NCBI GenBank assembly: GCA_964270895.1
Contig: OZ185437.1
From: Podarcis filfolensis
Lineage: Eukaryota
Direction: 5' to 3' (one strand)
DNA length: 64,000 nt
Shown here: in pieces, positions 1 through 14,495 of the stretch
Layout: the number at the start of each line of letters is the position of its first letter
Numbering within the stretch: position 1 is the first letter of the stretch
Notes under the pieces: generated by a model
Databases searched by the model: none
What the model saw: the letters and a program-made list of their open reading frames with translations, nothing else
What the model was told of the DNA's origin: nothing
Made by a program: the position numbers and the translations under genes

Positions 1-29
1 ACTCCTTTAACTCTTTTAACCAATGGTCA

Positions 30-136
30 TCCAGATGTTGTTGATCTCATCAGCCCCAGCCAAGTTGGTCAATGGCCAGTGATGATGGGAGCTATAATTC
101 AGCAACATGTGGTGTGCCAAAGGTTCCTCACACCTG
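30..136. mobile_element. Degenerate palindromic hAT MITE
   Basis: tccagatgttgttg...catcagccccagc...gatgatgggagctataattcagcaacat...aggttcctcacacctg, the same core as the other MITE copies. Confidence 0.5.
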
Positions 137-3100
137 AATTAAGCCATGATCTTTAACCCACACAATCCAAATAAATTCAGCTGAAACCTGTGAGAGCTTT
201 CTTACCTCTTACAGAATTCCTCTGTGATCTTCCCCAGTTTTGTGTAAGACATTCCACATTAGTTCTGTGGTAAAATCTGTTGCTCTAATGCTGCCGGCTG
301 TTATCCACCTTTCAGAAATGTTAGCATGAATTTTATAGGATCACGAATGTTTCAAAGCAGATGAGATGCCTTGCTCAGGCTCTGCTTCTCAGAATATTTT
401 GCTTCTCAACTGGTAGAGAAGGCAGCAGGAGTGACTGGTAAGGTCTATAAATCTGTGGTTTTTAAATAAATAAATATACAGTAGTAAAGACACAACAAGA
501 AAGAGGAAAAGTATATTTATCTGTGTAAAACCCATGATCTGCTACTTGAAAGAAATTGCAGTCCCTATTTAAGCATGTCTTGAAAACATATTGAACAATG
601 TAAATAACTTCACATTTCTTTTTTTTAATCTGCCTTCTGTCTGTAAGGTACAACACATCTTATCTCATTGTCTGTTGCTATTACACAAAATATTCCATTG
701 CCTCCAGTTGACCACATTGATACCACTGGCCAGAGGCAGAGAACACTCACAGACCTGCTTGGCAAGACCAGGAGGGCTCCCAGATCAGGACTGCTTTCCT
801 CCTTCCTGGTCCTCTTTACTGCTATGTTGTGCTAAACTAAGCCAAAATTTGGCTTAGTGTGTGTGACACCTGAAACAGGTCTTGTTGTTAAGCTCCCTAA
901 TCTGAGCTGTAGCCAAGGTTTGTGCGTCTATAAGCCATAGTTTGGCTTCCTGTGTCATGAAGACCAGACCAGTGAAATGCAGTTAGGATATGAGATGAGT
1001 TACGGAAGGAGCTGCTATCAAAGGCAAACATTTTCTTTTGGGGGGCAACATCATTTTTTTAACCCAAAGCCTCTGATGAAGAGCAGATCTGCGACAAAAA
1101 CTGTGCACTTGCTCAAAACATCTCTCATTCATTGGGGCTACTTTGGTCCAGTGACTGTAGAATATTTTGGTACAAAACAACGTCTAAGCATAGCAGACCC
1201 CCAGAGAAACCTCAGCACTGCAGGCTAGCCAGGTGACTTACGCAATAACTCATACTGAAGTTAATGAGCTTGCAGCTGCAAATAACTTGCTTCTCTCTGT
1301 ATGGGAATGAGATACTTTTGTATGAGGGAGATAAAAAATAATTTTTTCTGGCAAGTCATACTAGATGCAGACATTGTAAAGCTCAGTGACAAAGAAATAA
1401 ACAACAGATCCAGGCTCCATCATTTATGGTGGCTTTGCTTTTGAGTGCCATTAGCTTCAAATACATCAATGCAGAATCAATTACTACTGGCAGCTGACAC
1501 TTTATTAATTTTTTACATCCACAAACAAAGCAAATCCCCCCCCCAAAACCCTCCTGTCAACTGTTGTCTGATAAATTGAATCACTAGAGAATATTAAAAA
1601 GTGAATAAATCAGAATAAATATTAAGCTTTATGTAGAAATGTTCCTGACTTGCCACCTCTTTCACCTTTGTGACACTCAAAGACAGCTAATAACTGCTTT
1701 AGCATTGGCTGTTGTTAGGTCAGCGCTGCCAATATGTATGGAACATTCAAGTATTTTTATCTCTCTCAAATAAAGCCATAGACACCAGGAGGATGCTCTG
1801 GGGTGCACTAATAATCCACTCTTTTAGCAACTTTGAGCGACTGTTGCTTTGCTGTCCCAGAATCCCAGTTTTAAGCAACATGCAACCTATCTTTTGTACT
1901 TTTTATGCATTTTCTATTTCTGGTCGGTCCCATTCCCCCCCCCCCCAGTGCTTTATGTAGCTTTCCACAGTTGTATGGACAGTTGGTTAGCCTTAATAAA
2001 CATATTGGCGAACTGCCCGAGGCAGTCATATAAAAAGAGAAAGTAAGTTCAGTGGTTTTTACACTTTCATCTTGCATGAAGAGCAGCAGTCATGACCCAA
2101 CAAGCCACCAATCACTTTAAGTCTAGCAGGAGCAAGATAACAGAAGCCCATCTGGTTCTACAATGTCTAAACAAGCCTAATTGCCACAGTACTGAAGGTC
2201 TCATCTCAGACCGTATCACGGAGGCCATTGCCACATGAAAGCTGCCGTTCAGCACTGACTGCTCTTTGACATGATATTTTCAGCTGTCAAGGCAACAAGG
2301 CATTTATATTAAGCCATACAGCATGATGAATACTGTAGCTCGGGAAGGCTCTTGCAACAAGCAGAAGAAATGTTGCTTACCCTGGATCAACAGTTGGTTT
2401 AAATGCCTTTTGAATTAAACTAAGTACTGTTTTCTTAAAGGATTAAAGAAACACAGAAAGATTATGAAAGCACATCCCTCCTAATAACTTCAATCCTGCA
2501 CTACTAACATTTTCCTAAAATGAAAAAAAAGGCATTCTTTGTGCAAAACCAAGTCACTTGGTTATATGAACAGAGGACAAACCTATGAGTAATCTTGTTC
2601 AAATTAGTACATGAGGACCCCATGTAATGGCTTATAAATTGCGCTTGTCAATCATTGGCTCATATTCTTGAATACAAGTTTTAGGCTGTCTCTCCAAAAT
2701 TTTGTTTTATCTGAAGCTGAACAAGTTTTCCTTTCAGTTTATCTTTGGTTATTCATACTTCAGTTATTTGTACAGTATATATTTTGACTCCTTTCAGTTT
2801 TTTATGTACCTAATGCTGGGTCTGGGTGTGGGGTGGATTGAAGCTCGAATCGTGGTCTGTTGACGAATCTGTGACCAATTTCTGGTGGGCTACCTAGTGC
2901 ATCCTGTTGATGAAGAGTCATGCCTAGAAGAGTTTCTGAGCATGCACTCTTGCTTTGTTAAATTAAAATACATAGGGCTGTGATTATCATCATGTATTAT
3001 TAGTTTATTATTCTACTTATTGCTTATAATACTTATTGCTTTTGTATTACCACTTCAAAGAATGTGAATAGAGTCTTAGAAATAAATTCCGCACACACGC

Positions 3101-3601
3101 TGCACTGTGTTCAGTGGCGCTCACTCCTGTATAAGCTTTGCATAGGATTGTAGCCTTGGTTCATCTTTGATGTGTTTTTCACCATGCAGATTTCTCTTGA
3201 TGGAAATCACATGACCTCTGTTGTGCACTTGTTTCCGAAGCAAGATTTTTTGGGGACATTGTGCATCCTCTTTCCTTTTGTGCCTTGATTACCTGTCACT
3301 TAACCGCATCTATTTTTCTTCCACCACATTGTGTTTCTTGGTAAGAAATTCTAGATTTTTGCAAAGCCTCAGAACAATTTTTTTGCAAAAGTCTAATAAG
3401 CAAGTGTTCATTGTACTGACTTGCATAATTTATCTTTGGTACTGAGTTCTCATTTGACAAGTAAGTGTTCTATTTAAAAGTAAAACTGCTTTGGAGAGGA
3501 AAGATTTCCTGAGCACAGGCCATGTCTGCATTTTGCTTTCTGTAATCTTTCATATTGTATTGTTTAACTAGCATGCCTCTTACCAGCTTCTTTCTGTTTA
3601 G

Positions 3602-3826
3602 TTTTCAGGACTATATCTTCTGTCGTTCTTCACAATCCTTGTGGGGCTGGTGCTGTACTCCTCAACGTCCACATATGTTGCCCAAGACCCACGGGTGTAC
3701 AAGCAGTTTCGAAACCCTTCGGGTCCTGTTGTAGACTTGCCAGCCTCTGGGCAGCTGGAACCGTCAGTAACATACACCAGCCTAGGCCAGGAAACGGAAG
3801 AAGAACCTCACGTCCGAGTCGCCTAA
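3602..3826 (+). CDS. SLC35F1: SLC35F1 (solute carrier family 35 member F1), last coding exon
   Basis: After acceptor ...tttctgtttag it reads FSGLYLLSFFTILVGLVLYSSTSTYVAQDPRVYKQFRNPSGPVVDLPASGQLEPSVTYTSLGQETEEEPHVRVA* (TAA 3824-3826). This matches the recalled amniote SLC35F1 C-terminus, and the gene is convergent with CEP85L as in the mammalian locus. Confidence 0.93.
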   Translation, partial: FSGLYLLSFFTILVGLVLYSSTSTYVAQDPRVYKQFRNPSGPVVDLPASGQLEPSVTYTSLGQETEEEPHVRVA

Positions 3827-6800
3827 TCTCAGGCCCTTGCCACCCTCAGTGGAGTTTGTATCTCCATTATCTCTGTATCATTCATAGAGAAAGGTATTTA
3901 CCGGATGCAGTTACTCAGGTGGGCTGCAAGGTAGCAAATAGGGAAGGCTTATTAAAAATACAAACTATATTGTTTCTACATGTGTATAGCCAAGAGCAGT
4001 AACTCTCAGTCTTTTGCGTAGGGCAGTGCTTTTCAAGCTGGGGCTCCTCACATACTTATCAGGGCTCCTTAATGAAAAGTTCAGCAATGGTGGGCAACTT
4101 TCCTGCAGGAGGGCTTGCCTACTGCCAAGTTACCCTTGGGGTGTCCACAGCAGGTATGTTCAAAGGTGCACACTCAGGTCATGGGCAGCAACAGGGAGGT
4201 CTGATTGGCCTGGCCAGTGCCATACCTGAACTGAGTATGCACTGTAGAACAACCCCCAAGAATGTGATGCAATGTGCTGGAGCTTCCTGGCAAGGGGTCC
4301 TTCAGCAGATGAGCTGATGTGAAAAGCAGGGTGGGGTAGGAATTCAAACCAGGGTGCAGGCTGCACTGCTCAAATTCTGGGTTGCCTGCTGTGAACAGAC
4401 CCTCTACCTCAGTTCTGCCAATACTCCTGGTGTGCCCACCTTTACCACCTCCCCACTCTTCCCCAAGGCAAAATACAGACGAACAAAAACTCACCCTTGA
4501 GGAAGAAGGTGTGATTAGGAGGTACCAGTGGCAGGTGTTCCCGTCAACATGCAGAGCACTTGACTACAGAATCCCAGGATCCCTAGCAGAAAAAGTTCCT
4601 CTGCACATCAGCTCTTCCCAAGGGGTAAAGATTAGGCTGGGCAGCAGTTCTCACCAGGAATCCTGAGTGTTGTAAACAAGTCCCAGGACTCTGGAAAGAT
4701 AAGGCCTTGTTCTGTGTATAAATGGGAACTCCCACCATTTTCCTACTTCCTTCCTTTCTTTCTCAGGGTGGGAGCAAGGGTTGCCTTGGGGGAGAGGTGT
4801 AGGTGACAGGTGCTCTGCAGGGCTTTGGGTGTTTGATTGGAACACTTGGGTGGAGGAAACCCTTAGCACTTTTAGGGTGAGTGGAAATGCAATGGCCCAT
4901 CCCTAGTGAAAAGGGTCTGTAGTGTTAGGGGTTATAAAAAGTGTTGGCTTTGGTAATTCGCAGCTAATGCAAGAAAGAAAGACTTGAGTCACTTGAAACA
5001 ACATGTTCAGAATGCAAGATGAGATTCTGTAATGAACAAATTGCACCTCTTGGAGGTTGCTTTGCCAGGGGTTATATAGTGTTTCAGCAAAGCCACAGTT
5101 GTACAGGCCCACTTGCACGCAAACACCCTTCAGCTGTTCTCCAATGACCTTGGTTCTGTGCAGGAAAGGGCAGGTTAATCACAGCGCCTCTATACCCCAG
5201 TGCCGTTTTGTTCATTCAGCTGTCTTAGCTACCTGGTTGCCCACCCTCTAAAGAATCATGTGTTCTGGGAAGCCAGGGGATGGACAACTATCAATATCCA
5301 TCTCTATTCTAGGAATAGGTCAAAAACAAACATTTTTGCCCTTTTTAAAGAAGTACTTGCAATTGCGAAGTAGTGACACGTTGACCTTTTTAAATTTTTT
5401 ACAATCGCCTTACTGGTAGCTGAGGTCCTCCATTCAGTGAGAAGGAAATTGTATTTCCTCTTCAGTGTCTTAATCTTGCAGACTAACAAAATGAAACAAT
5501 CCCCATTTCTTACTCTTTGAAAACTGAATTTGTCCTAAGAAAGTACCTTTTTCTATTTTTTAAGTATTTATTGTGGGTCTTCTGGCTAAGGGGAGAAAGA
5601 ATGGGAGCACAGTTTTATAGACTTCTCTGCATTCAAGGCGAACACAAGGCCAGATGGAGGTGGCTCAGGCAGTGTTGCGAACTCTGCATGTTCCTAGGCC
5701 TTGCGCTTCACTCCACATTTCTGATGGAGGCACCCTCGTGGAGACTATTCATATTTCTTCAAACTCTTGGTCTGCTGTTTGTGGATTTTTAAAATCCATT
5801 CACCTGGATTTAACTGGGACTTGGAATTAAATATTCTCAAGTTTTCAAGCTAAAAATATTTGTATGCACCGCACCTTTGCCTGCATATCAAGTTGTTGAT
5901 GCTAGAAGATGCCCGTGTGCTTGGAATCCCTGTGTGTGGCCCAAGCTACACAGTTTATACAAAGATACATAACCAAGTGAAAATGAACTAGTTATTTGAA
6001 GGGGGGAAGTAAATCAGGCTCAGAATATCTCAGTGTAATCATGGGAGCAGGAGTGGGGAAAGGAAGTACTTGATCAGTTCTCTGTCAGTTGTTTTCTGGT
6101 CAAATACATATTTGGCTCCATATACATAGGGTTGTATTCAACAGGGCACTACCACTAAGGTTCTACAAGCATAAGGATTCTTCTGCTGTGGTGGAACCTT
6201 ATCCCCTGTCCTCTCCCTGTATGTCCCTTAAATCTGTTCTGGAGGCTCCCCCAACTTCAGAGCAGGTGGCATAAGACACACAGGAGCAGGAGGAGAGAGG
6301 GGGAAGCAGGACTCTTTGCAGTGGCTTCCAGTAGTACAATGATTTAGTTTAACATGGTCCATGTTTGCTTTTTTAAAGGCAATTGTTATTCCTTTCTCCC
6401 ACAGTAGAATGGGAACTGCTGCTTCCCATGCCACTCTGGTGATGTAGACACCCCAAAGTCACACAAGAGGAGTGGTTGGCATGCCAGTGTTGCACCAGCT
6501 CCCAGGATGGCACAGCTCCCAGTCCAGCACATGGACTTTAGTCCTCCCAAAGGTTGCTGAAGTTGGACTGCTGTGTTTATAAGGGAAAAGGGCAGCAAGA
6601 TCCTCAGTCGTCTTCAGATATGTGCAAAGTCAGAACAACATCCTACCTTTCTGTATGAAGCCAAAACCGCTGCAAATTTCATTTGCCTCACCTTGATTTG
6701 CGTGCTTGTTTTCGGCTGAAAACAAAAGAGTCATTGATTTATCTAGAGCTCTCTCTCTTTGAGAGACAGGAAAGGTAGCTGTGCCTGAGTAATAGGAAAG

Positions 6801-9562
6801 TGTTTCAAGAGATTTCCTTACAATGGAAGAGTCAAATAACTTCAGTTATAGCTTTGCCTCCTCACTGGTGACCGTGAGAAAATGCTATTTTACCTACCTC
6901 AAGGGAAGGAGAGTAAAGATATGAGACTTCAAAGTAATTGGATGTTTCCCAAATGAGCTGGGGAGTGCCAAGGAAACACTTTCTTAGATTCTTAGCAGGG
7001 TTTGCAGCGCATTTGACGCAAACCACGACATTTCTGTATGTAGAAACCTTGTTGGCTGAAATCTAGTCTTCTGACAAGAATTGGCCTTTGGGGAATAGAT
7101 TGGCATTTGGGGAGGGGTGTTATGGGCCCAAAAATATTATTTCTGTGAGAAAACTAAAGAAGAAGAAAAAGTGTCACCTAGACAATGAAAGAAGGATTTC
7201 TGCTAAGGAAATGATTACTCAGGGATGCTTGTGTGCAGGAAGACCCTGTGTGCAACTAATGTTGCATGCAGAAAACTGGTGTGGCACATGGCATTGACCT
7301 GAAGGAATGCGTTCATAACCTCAGTGAGAGATGGAGAGAGGAAGGTGTCCGCTCCCTTATCCTGTGTAGGAGTAATGTGATTCCATGGAGTAAAGTTTAC
7401 TGGATACCTGCACACAGAAGAACCCACAGGGAGTGATGTCTGGATTAGGACCATTGGCAGTGGGCAACAGTGCTGCAATCAGGCCTTTGCCTACACGTTC
7501 ACTAGTGAATTTTTACATGCATGAAAAATGCAGCAGTGTGAAAACGGGGCTGCTTCAGGCCAAACTAGTAAGTCAGAGCCATTTATATGACTAATTCATT
7601 CTGTGGCAAAACCGGTAATTTCTGCCTTGCATCCACCAGCAGTCTTCTTCAGTTTTACACACACACCCCCAATAAACACACACACACACATGTTAAGTGG
7701 CAAAATTCACTGCAGTGCCAAGGGTCCTCCAAGTTGTATTTTAAAGGACTGGCCTCCCATGTATAAAACAATTATATGAAATTAACTCTATTCTCGTCAT
7801 TTGCTTAGGACTGGGGTGTTTTAATAGGTGATCATTTGCACATTTAGCATGAATGTCTTTCCTGAGAGTCTACACAAGGCCTAGGCATTGCTTAAATATT
7901 GCTTATATCCTTAAGTTTGTGCTTTGTTTAAGCTTCAATATTGGATTCTCTCTTCTGTTCAAGCCAGTCTTTACAAATACAGGATTCGATTCTGAACATA
8001 CTTAGGTGAATCAAAGAACAGGGCTTGGATGCGTGCAGGTGTGTTCAGGTGTGGAGCCTTAATTGTTCTCTCAGGTTTCAAATCAGAAGTCTACTGGTGG
8101 CCATCACCATCTCCCCACATTGCTTTTGCTACCTTTTATACCAATTAAATACCTTTCTCTGAATCTGTTGTCTCATGTTTGACATAACAATTTCTTGAAG
8201 AATTTATGTGTTTGTTTCCTGCTTAAACATTCATTTTGCTTCCTTGTATCTGAGGACTTTTATTTTTTAGTATTTATTTTGTAAACCAAATGTTCTTGTA
8301 GATGGGTTTTTTCCCCCATTTCATTTTTATGACACTAATTTGTAGATTTAAGTCTCAGTAGAAACAAACCATATGGAAGGCATCTATCAGCTCTCTGATG
8401 AGAATATTTACCAGAACTAGACTTTGCAGTCTATAGATGGCTAGAAACTCACCACCTGAAGCTATTTTTCTAGGATAATTCGAATTATTCCACTGTATGG
8501 AGGGAAGTGGGAATATTCAGAAATGCACTGTTCAGTTAGCCAAACTGTGTTCTTGCACATGTTGCCGAAACATCATAACTTATGAAACTGCCTTATTCTG
8601 AGTCGGATCATTATACCGTTGAGCCCAATATTGTCTTCTCTGGCAGCAACTCTCCAGGGTCTCAGGCAAAGTCCACCAGCCTTGCTGACCTCCTTTTCTT
8701 GGAGTTGCTGTGCTTTGTACCCAGCACCTTCTGCGTGCAATTTATGTGTACTACTACTAAGGAATGAGCCTTTCCCAGTCGATACTGTCCAATACTAGAA
8801 CAATAAATTTTTGTTTGCTGTATCTGATTAAAGAACATTGGGGAGAAAAAAGGAAACACTGGTATAATTTTATAAACATTATATAATTAAAAATGAGGCC
8901 CATCCCATCAGAGAAAGTTACTTTAAAAAAAATAGTTTCATTTCCTACCATTCCAAGAGTTGCAGTGGACACCAGCAAAGGTCTTTCTGTCCAGCAAGTA
9001 GCTACACCACCAGCTTAAAAACAATCACTTCACAAGTACTGTATAGGCCAATTCCTGGAATACAAGTCCTGTTGGTGCTGGATGGGTAGTAGCAAGATAC
9101 TGAATGAAAACTAGTGGACAGCTTGGCTTTTCTTCCATGCACAGACTTAAAGGACACAATCACCAACCACAGCAGACCAAGCAATTAACATTTTGCACCA
9201 CTGTGTCAGATGAAGATGTTTCAATGTATAGTTTAGATATTGCTAACTTGTGCCATTAACATTTTTGACAAGTGTGTAGTATTTCCTCTCTTTTTTTCAA
9301 AAAAACCAACCAATTTAGTATTCTCGAGCTAGCTATAAATACAGATTTTACCCCATGGGTAGGATTTTAATTGTTAAATGCCATAATAAAGCACACTAAT
9401 TTTGACACTTACAAATGGAAGTAAGAACCAAAAAAACACAAAAGCGAAACAAATGTCCAACAACAATGTTCAGAGAAGTTGAACAAATTCTCTTCTGTTT
9501 TGATATTTGCATGCTCCAACATGGACTGGCTGTGGCAATGTAATGCCTGTATAATGTTTTCA

Positions 9563-9568
9563 AATAAA
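9563..9568 (+). promoter_or_regulatory. Candidate SLC35F1 poly(A) signal (AATAAA)
   Basis: AATAAA followed by a U/GU-rich tract (tttatgt...gtttgtatttgttct) at the end of an AT-rich, UTR-like block. A second AATAAA lies at 9385-9390. Inference only. Confidence 0.3.
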
Positions 9569-12500
9569 GAAATACATCCTTTATGTAAGCCAAGTTTGTA
9601 TTTGTTCTGAATCCGGTTCAAGAGGGCACTCTGAATCAATGGGGACATGGCTCTCTTTTTTTTCTTTCAAGGGAGGGGCTTCCTCCAAATCTGTCTGTTT
9701 TCTTCCTCTGGAGGTCGAGATGTTAATTCCTCATAGCTTTTCTGTTTCTCTGTCTTTCGTCTCATGTGTCCTTCTCTGGTAGCTCTCACGGTATTTTCAT
9801 ATTTTTAACCTCCCAGAGACTCAAGTGTTCCTCATATACAATTAACCTAGGTGCAATGTGCATTCATGGCCATTAGGGGGAGCTGTTGGTTTGTTGCGCA
9901 CCACTTTGCAACGGGTTGACGTTCTACCCACGCAGGAAATGCAGGAACAGGATGTGGGTCTCCTCTTTGTCTCCAAGCCTGCAGTTCAAGGCTGCTGGCA
10001 ACTGCTCTGGGGAATTGCTGCGTGGAAGAACAAAGAAAACCGACCAAAACATTCTGCCATTTTGTTCATTAGCTGATATTTCCTGGGGTTACTGGAAAAG
10101 GTCATAATAATTTTGTATCTTCCTCAAAGGCCTATATGGTTTTATTCAGCTCCAGTAATGGACTCCTCCCTCCACCCTCAGCTTACCTCAATCCAGGTAA
10201 TTTGGAGAAACTGGTTATCAGGCCAGTATTTGTGGGCTTCTTCATGAAAGCCATTGGGGGGAAACTGACTTACAGCTTTTCCATATCTGTCCTGTGTAGC
10301 TTACAACAGGTGAAAGACAATATCATAAACTAAGGAATAATAGTGTGTTCCTATTGATATTTCATTTTTTGCAACTTTTGGAAATGCTAAAATACAACTG
10401 CCAAGTATATCCAGTTGAAGATATGTATGTTTTATTGGACTTTATTTTGGGGGGCAGGAAGGGGGTGGCGGCTTTGAAATTTCTTACATACAGCTCTTTG
10501 TTTCATTGGTTTAAATGGACAGTGTAAAGCAAAGGCTGTTTCAATGTCTGCTAAGGCAGAAAGTTTGAAAAACAACCACTGGACATTACCACTTCAAATA
10601 ATCTCTGATACAAGGAATCAGCAGCAGGAGTTATTTCAGTTAATTTCCATCCATTTCTTTCCTGGTGAGAGGCAGGAATGCAAGTGAACATCCCCTTTGC
10701 AAAGCATTTAAATTAACTTTCCATTTGGATCTGTTTTAAGCCACATGTTCACAACAACGTTGAGTGAGAGAGAATGCGGAAAACAACAGACCACTTGTAT
10801 ACGCATAAAAAAATCAACACACGCCAATACATTGGAGACGCATTGCACGTGCATTGCACAGTTATCCCACATAAACTGTATCTCACAGGATCTTGCTGTG
10901 AATGCATATTGAAAGGGGAAATGAACAACGGAATCCTATGTAGCTTTGGTAGAACAAAATAGGTGAACCTATTTCTGTTTGATATTGGCAAATGCTGAAG
11001 ATACACCATTTTACTCTGCCACCTGAGATGTGTGTTTTCAAGAGCCTTTTCATGTAATTGCAATCTGTTTTAACTGTTTTTTATTTTTAATTGTTGCAAC
11101 TCACCCTGGGATCTGCTGGTAAAGGGCAAATAATTATTATTAATTCCTGGACTGTAGTTTGTTTGTAACAGAGTTAAAATTCCCAGTTCTGTTAAAAAAC
11201 TTCAGTTTCCGGGATTCTTCGGGGGAAGCCCTGATGGTTAAAGGGGGATAACAGAATCTAAATGTATGGTTTGGATGACCATCTGTTAGTTATGGGTTGT
11301 ATCCAAAAGTGTCACTCAGTTGATGGTAAGGCAACAAAATGGATAAGTAAATAATTCCCTCCAACCCCCATAGAGGATTGGAGGCTCAGGGTTTCAATCG
11401 GAGAATTTTTCCTATCTTTATAGCACTGATAATATTCTCCTGCCACTTTCAGCTAGAATTTACCTGAGTGCCTTTGTCAGCCTAAATATAAAGGTTCCCT
11501 GGAAGTAATCTATAAATGTATCTTTTCTCAGAATAATTTGTACATGAATAGTATCAGGCAGAAGAATGCTGGCATCTTTTTGTCTGCTCTTTGAAAAATC
11601 AAAATGGTTCCGTTGTTACATATTTTAATCACACTCGCAACCCTGGGCAGTGCTTGAATGATTGAAGCCCACCTCCAAAATTAGCAGTAGCTGAGAAGAG
11701 TCATGCCTCACTTAGTCACATTTTGGGTGCATTCGGATTATAGTGTCAGTTTTCCTGGTTATAATGCTAGCTAGCATGTTTATCCTGGATTCTAACATTC
11801 TTTTTATACTACATTAACTGGTACATTAGGGAACTGTAGCCCTTTTTAATTGATAGACCATCACGTTGCACTAAATTTTAAGTGGCGAGAAAGAACTGTA
11901 TGCTGGATTACTACCTCAAAGTGTGTCATCTGAAATGACAGCTCAAAATTCTCATGATTTCCCCAGTTAACCAGGTTGCAAACTGACTTTTTCTGGATGC
12001 AAAGAACACAGAAGTGAGCACTAAACTTCTGCTAGATGCGGCTAGTTTTCCAGAAGTGGATTTTCCGTTGTGTGAAAGATCCCATGAAACAAGGAAATGT
12101 ATCAGGTAAGGAAACATAAGGAAACTGAATAAAGTGCTCTCTGAATGCAAAGGATTCTGAGAGCCCAAAACAGTTCAGCCCCCATGAGCTGGTGCCCCTG
12201 CTTGACACAAGAAAACTCGTAGATCTTGGAGCCCCACGTTGGCTGAAATGCACCACATTTCAGCATATGGTTTATCCATAAAATGACTCCCCCCCCCCTC
12301 CAATTATACTGCTAAAATCAATAAAGCCTGGGGTAACCAAATGTGGATTTTTGTCTGGAATAACTGTGAGCTCAGTTCCATTCAGGTACTCAGAACAAAT
12401 TATTGGGCTTACCGGTAGTTGCTTGGAAACACCATGTTATTTAATTCTAAGTGTCTTCTCTTGGTGAATCTTCGGGTTCTAGTGTAAAATAAAGTTGATT

Positions 12501-13625
12501 CCACAAGCCTGAGGCCTGCCCATCCAATATACACTATGTCCCTTTGGTGATTGGCCCTCCTCAATGCATTCTATAGCATCAAAAACACAGTGTTGGTAAG
12601 GAACAAAGTCAATCTTATTCAAATGCATTCCCAAAAAGTAGGACTATCTATCATATGCATAACTGCACAATTCCCAATTATTTCACACCATATAAACTAC
12701 AGTGCACCACCAGCAGAGAGCTAATCCTGCAGAGCTAATAGTTCCTGGTGACTTGTTACTTTTCAGGAAGAAGAAGCTGATGAAATTCTTGAGTCCCTTC
12801 CCCACCCTTCATTCATGGGTGGGTGGGAGCAAAACAGAAGTGTTTGTTTCTGCTCAAACTATTGCAAGAAATGGAGGTGGATCATAAGTGTCTAGTGAGT
12901 TTCCTTGAGTGATATGATAATGATTTAGTTTCCTATGACAAATGTGCAGGAACAGAATCGCGCTCATGCTAGGCTGAGGAGCTGAGATTTACAGGTGTGG
13001 AATGCTAGCAAATCTCATCTGTGGCAGTGGATCAGTTCCTACTGGGCTTTGCTCGTTTAACCCAGCCCTGCTGTTCCTCCGAAGACCACACAGGCCTGGC
13101 TCCTTGTCAATTTTCCCATCCAACTAGCAATCAAATTTGCATGCTCTTTAAAATACCCTTTTCCCAAATGAAATTATCATGGGGATGGAAAGTTGAGACT
13201 AAACACGAGAATAATCAAAAATGTCTTATTTGTGGCACGTGGGTTAGCTTTTGTTTCAATTCTCTAATGTAGCTTTTGGCATTAAATACATTTTTAGAAG
13301 CTAAAATAGGTCACACATGCGCTGACTGGTGCTGTATCTGTTTTATGTCTCAGACTCCTGACTTTTGCCTACATTACTTAAAAGGCAACGGAAGAAAAAA
13401 GAAAAGACAATTTATGAAAGGGGTGACAGCTTGATTCTATTAAAGGTAGTCAGATTCTGATTAGCTGCACTTTCCCTTATGTCAATATTCCTATTCAATT
13501 AAACAGGCCAAGGAAAAGCTTTCAAGGGAGAAATACACCCTGTACCACCATGCACATTTACTGCAAAAATCAGTGCCACTTTTTTCAATGGGGTTTTAAT
13601 TATGTTGAGAGTATATTGACTAGAT

Positions 13626-13690
13626 CAGTAGTAGGGAACCTTAGGCCCTCCAGATATAGTTGGATTCCAACTCCCATCACCCCCCGGCCA
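13626..13690. mobile_element. Half MITE (left arm)
   Basis: cagtagtagggaaccttaggccctccagatatagttggattccaactcccatcacccccggcca, preceded by gactagat. Confidence 0.45.
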
Positions 13691-14184
13691 ATTTGTATGT
13701 CACAAGGGCATTACTGCAAGGCAGTCATGAAGAAAGGCAGCCTGAAGTTGTGTTGATAGAGTAACTCTGGTGAGATGGCTGCAACTCAGATTCAAGCCCA
13801 GCAACCCTCCTTTATGTTGTCATAATCTCAAGTCTAGACTGCTGCAACACACTCTGTGAGGGACTGTCCTTTATGATTATTCAAAAGCAAAAAGGGTTGC
13901 TGGTGTTCTGTTAAGTGTAGGTGACCATGATCACCCTACTAAGTGTTTGTTCAACAGAACTAGCTTTCTAGAGACAGTGTGCTGATTTTGATTTTTTGCC
14001 TAAAGATCCACAGAAGGTTTGTGCATTACATATTCAAGAAATGGGAGTTGCAGTTTGCTGAGCTACATTTTCATTTGTCCCTTGCATCTGAGAAAAGAGA
14101 GCATTTTAAGCTATTGTGGCAAATAACTACTGAAAAACCTAACCAGATTTTTAAAAGCCATCTAAACAAGTGTTGATCCCCATA

Positions 14185-14495
14185 TCTTCTAGCAGTGAAT
14201 TCCATAAGTTAATCCTTGTGCTGTACAAACTTATTTTCTTTTGCCTGCTTTGAATCTAATGCCACTCAGTGGTGCTGAGTTCTGTTATGAGTGAGCAAAA
14301 ATATATCCTCTATCCAGATTTTCATTTCTCTCTTCAAAACAATTTCTCCCATCAACTAAAAATCTTGTTCATTGGGAAGTGTCCCATCTTCTAGGATTGT
14401 TTTCGTTTTCCCTTTCTTGTATGTTTTCCAGCACATAATATTCTAAATGTGTCTGCACCAAGGATTTACATAATGGCATTATGATATTATGGCAT
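14185..14495 (-). mobile_element. Old CR1 LINE fragment
   Basis: ttccataagttaatcc...ttttgcctgctttgaatct...tatcctctatcca...tcttgttcattgggaag...gatttacataatggcattatgatatt follows the recalled reverse-strand CR1 ORF2 3' region; boundaries approximate. Confidence 0.55.

Noticed and set aside
1073-1119. Hammerhead-like CTGATGA-A-GAGCA...TGCTC-AAAAC
   Set aside because: G12 is A, and I could find no UH site with a strand complementary to the stem I side (aaagcct) either upstream or downstream. At best a dead relic.
11990-12110. Short open frame ending at a strong CAG|GTAAGG donor in the intergenic region
   Set aside because: No recognisable protein, acceptor or partner exon; consistent with chance or an unsupported lncRNA.
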